Source: an uncultured Phycisphaerales bacterium (GTDB lineage: Bacteria > Planctomycetota > Phycisphaerae > Tepidisphaerales > Tepidisphaeraceae). From it: 64,000 bases of DNA. This document shows, in pieces, positions 63,138 to 64,000 of the stretch; position 1 is the stretch's first letter; the number at the start of each line of letters is the position of its first letter. The notes beneath the pieces were generated by a model that worked only from the letters and a program-made list of their open reading frames with translations, did no database searches and was not told where the DNA came from. The stretch lies in NCBI GenBank assembly GCA_963758525.1, contig CAVWVQ010000003.1, positions 2,336,001 through 2,400,000 on the forward strand, in the 5' to 3' direction. Both the position numbers and the translations under genes were made by a program.

Positions 63138-63539
63138 GCTCTGTCTGAAAACCCTAAGTACAGCGCCCCATTGAAAGAGGGCCACATGTAGGGCGGGATT
63201 TATCCCGCCGATTCGCATCCGGCGGAGGCATCCGGCGGGATAAATCCCGCCCTACATTGATGGTCCCTTACTTATGCGGATGTGTACTAAGTCCTCACGA
63301 CGGCTCAGAATGGCTTTGGCCGCTAGGCGCCCTGGCGACATCAGGGTCCGTAGACCCTTTGAGCCGGGGCAACGACGCGGACGAAGCCATTCTGAGCCGC
63401 CTGCGGTGGGCCGGATTCGATCCGCCTGCTTCGTTGCCGCCCCTTGATGGCTCTACGGAGCCGGACTGCGGGGCGACGCCTCGCAGTCGAATCGAATCCG
63501 GCCCATCGTGAGGGCCTAGGGTTTTCAGACAGAGCCTAG
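63134..63539. mobile_element. MITE-like element with perfect 23-bp terminal inverted repeats
   Basis: CTAGGCTCTGTCTGAAAACCCTA / TAGGGTTTTCAGACAGAGCCTAG; no transposase inside. Confidence 0.8.
63186..63257. repeat. REP doublet family A variant nested in the MITE
   Basis: GTAGGGCGGGATTTATCCCGCC ... GGCGGGATAAATCCCGCCCTAC. Confidence 0.88.
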
Positions 63540-63655
63540 CGTGCTTGGGCCGCATCGAGGTCAAGAAGCGTCAGCAACGGAATTCGATACCCTACGTAGT
63601 TGTTGATGGCGGGACTTACTGTATCTCAACCTCGTAGCTCGATTAGATGATGCCT

Positions 63656-64000
63656 ATGAACGTTATTCCTCAGCGCGTCTGGATCATTGCGCTTCTTGCA
63701 TTTGCTGCCGGAACGCTGCCTCTTTTCGCCGCGCCGCTGTCGCCGCACGAGCATCTTTCGCTCGACGCAAACTGGAAATTCCACCTCGGTGACGACTGGC
63801 CCAACGCGCTTTACCTCAACAAAGCGGGCGTCAATAAAGGGGCAGCGAGCGCGAATTTCGATGACGCCGCCTGGCGCACGGTCAACCTGCCGCACGACTG
63901 GGCGGTCGAGCTGCCCTTCGACCCGGCGGCGGACGTGGGTCACGGGTTCAAGCCGGTCGGCCCCGGCTTTCCGGCCACGAGCGTTGGCTGGTATCGCCGG
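63656..64000 (+). CDS. GH2 beta-galactosidase-like, 3'-partial (not in ORF track)
   Basis: Signal peptide then SLDANWKFHLG..WRTVNLPHDWAVELPF..VGWYR. Confidence 0.85.
   Translation, partial: MNVIPQRVWIIALLAFAAGTLPLFAAPLSPHEHLSLDANWKFHLGDDWPNALYLNKAGVNKGAASANFDDAAWRTVNLPHDWAVELPFDPAADVGHGFKPVGPGFPATSVGWYRR

Overview
GC-rich bacterial DNA, most likely a planctomycete of the Phycisphaerae/Tepidisphaerales type. This is inferred from a PVC-type heme-binding protein, a planctomycete 'ESLENR' N-terminal motif and recurring TTQP linkers. 1-17 kb is mostly core genes (mqnC, hldE, MoxR/DUF58, truA, GT4, FKBP, bshB1-like, arfB, TlpA, GNAT), with intergenic REP doublets and simple-sequence hairpins. 17.8-24.4 kb is a tightly coupled, non-housekeeping Hsp70 operon: a large helical protein, an HPPD-variant J protein, GrpE, Hsp70 and a Zn-ribbon membrane protein. 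24.6-35.3 kb is accessory: GH43, an acetylesterase, HTH, Fic, GH15, a candidate toxin-antitoxin pair, a candidate ~60-nt sRNA and a P450. 35.5-48.8 kb is a kdpFABC locus with non-canonical regulation: a kinase-less KdpD-USP-PTS EIIA fusion, two REC-TPR paralogs, a KinB-like kinase, an AlgB-like sigma-54 activator and a candidate -24/-12 promoter; no kdpE is in the window. After tRNA-Leu(GAG) come a degenerate RAYT-like transposase with its REPs, a carbohydrate-use region (GH2 x3, decayed GH29), a marR/DUF1398 pair and a MITE. About 15 genes carry small frameshifts, almost all at GCGC. These are probably long-read consensus errors, possibly reflecting DNA methylation. All family calls come from motifs recognised by eye; no searches were run.
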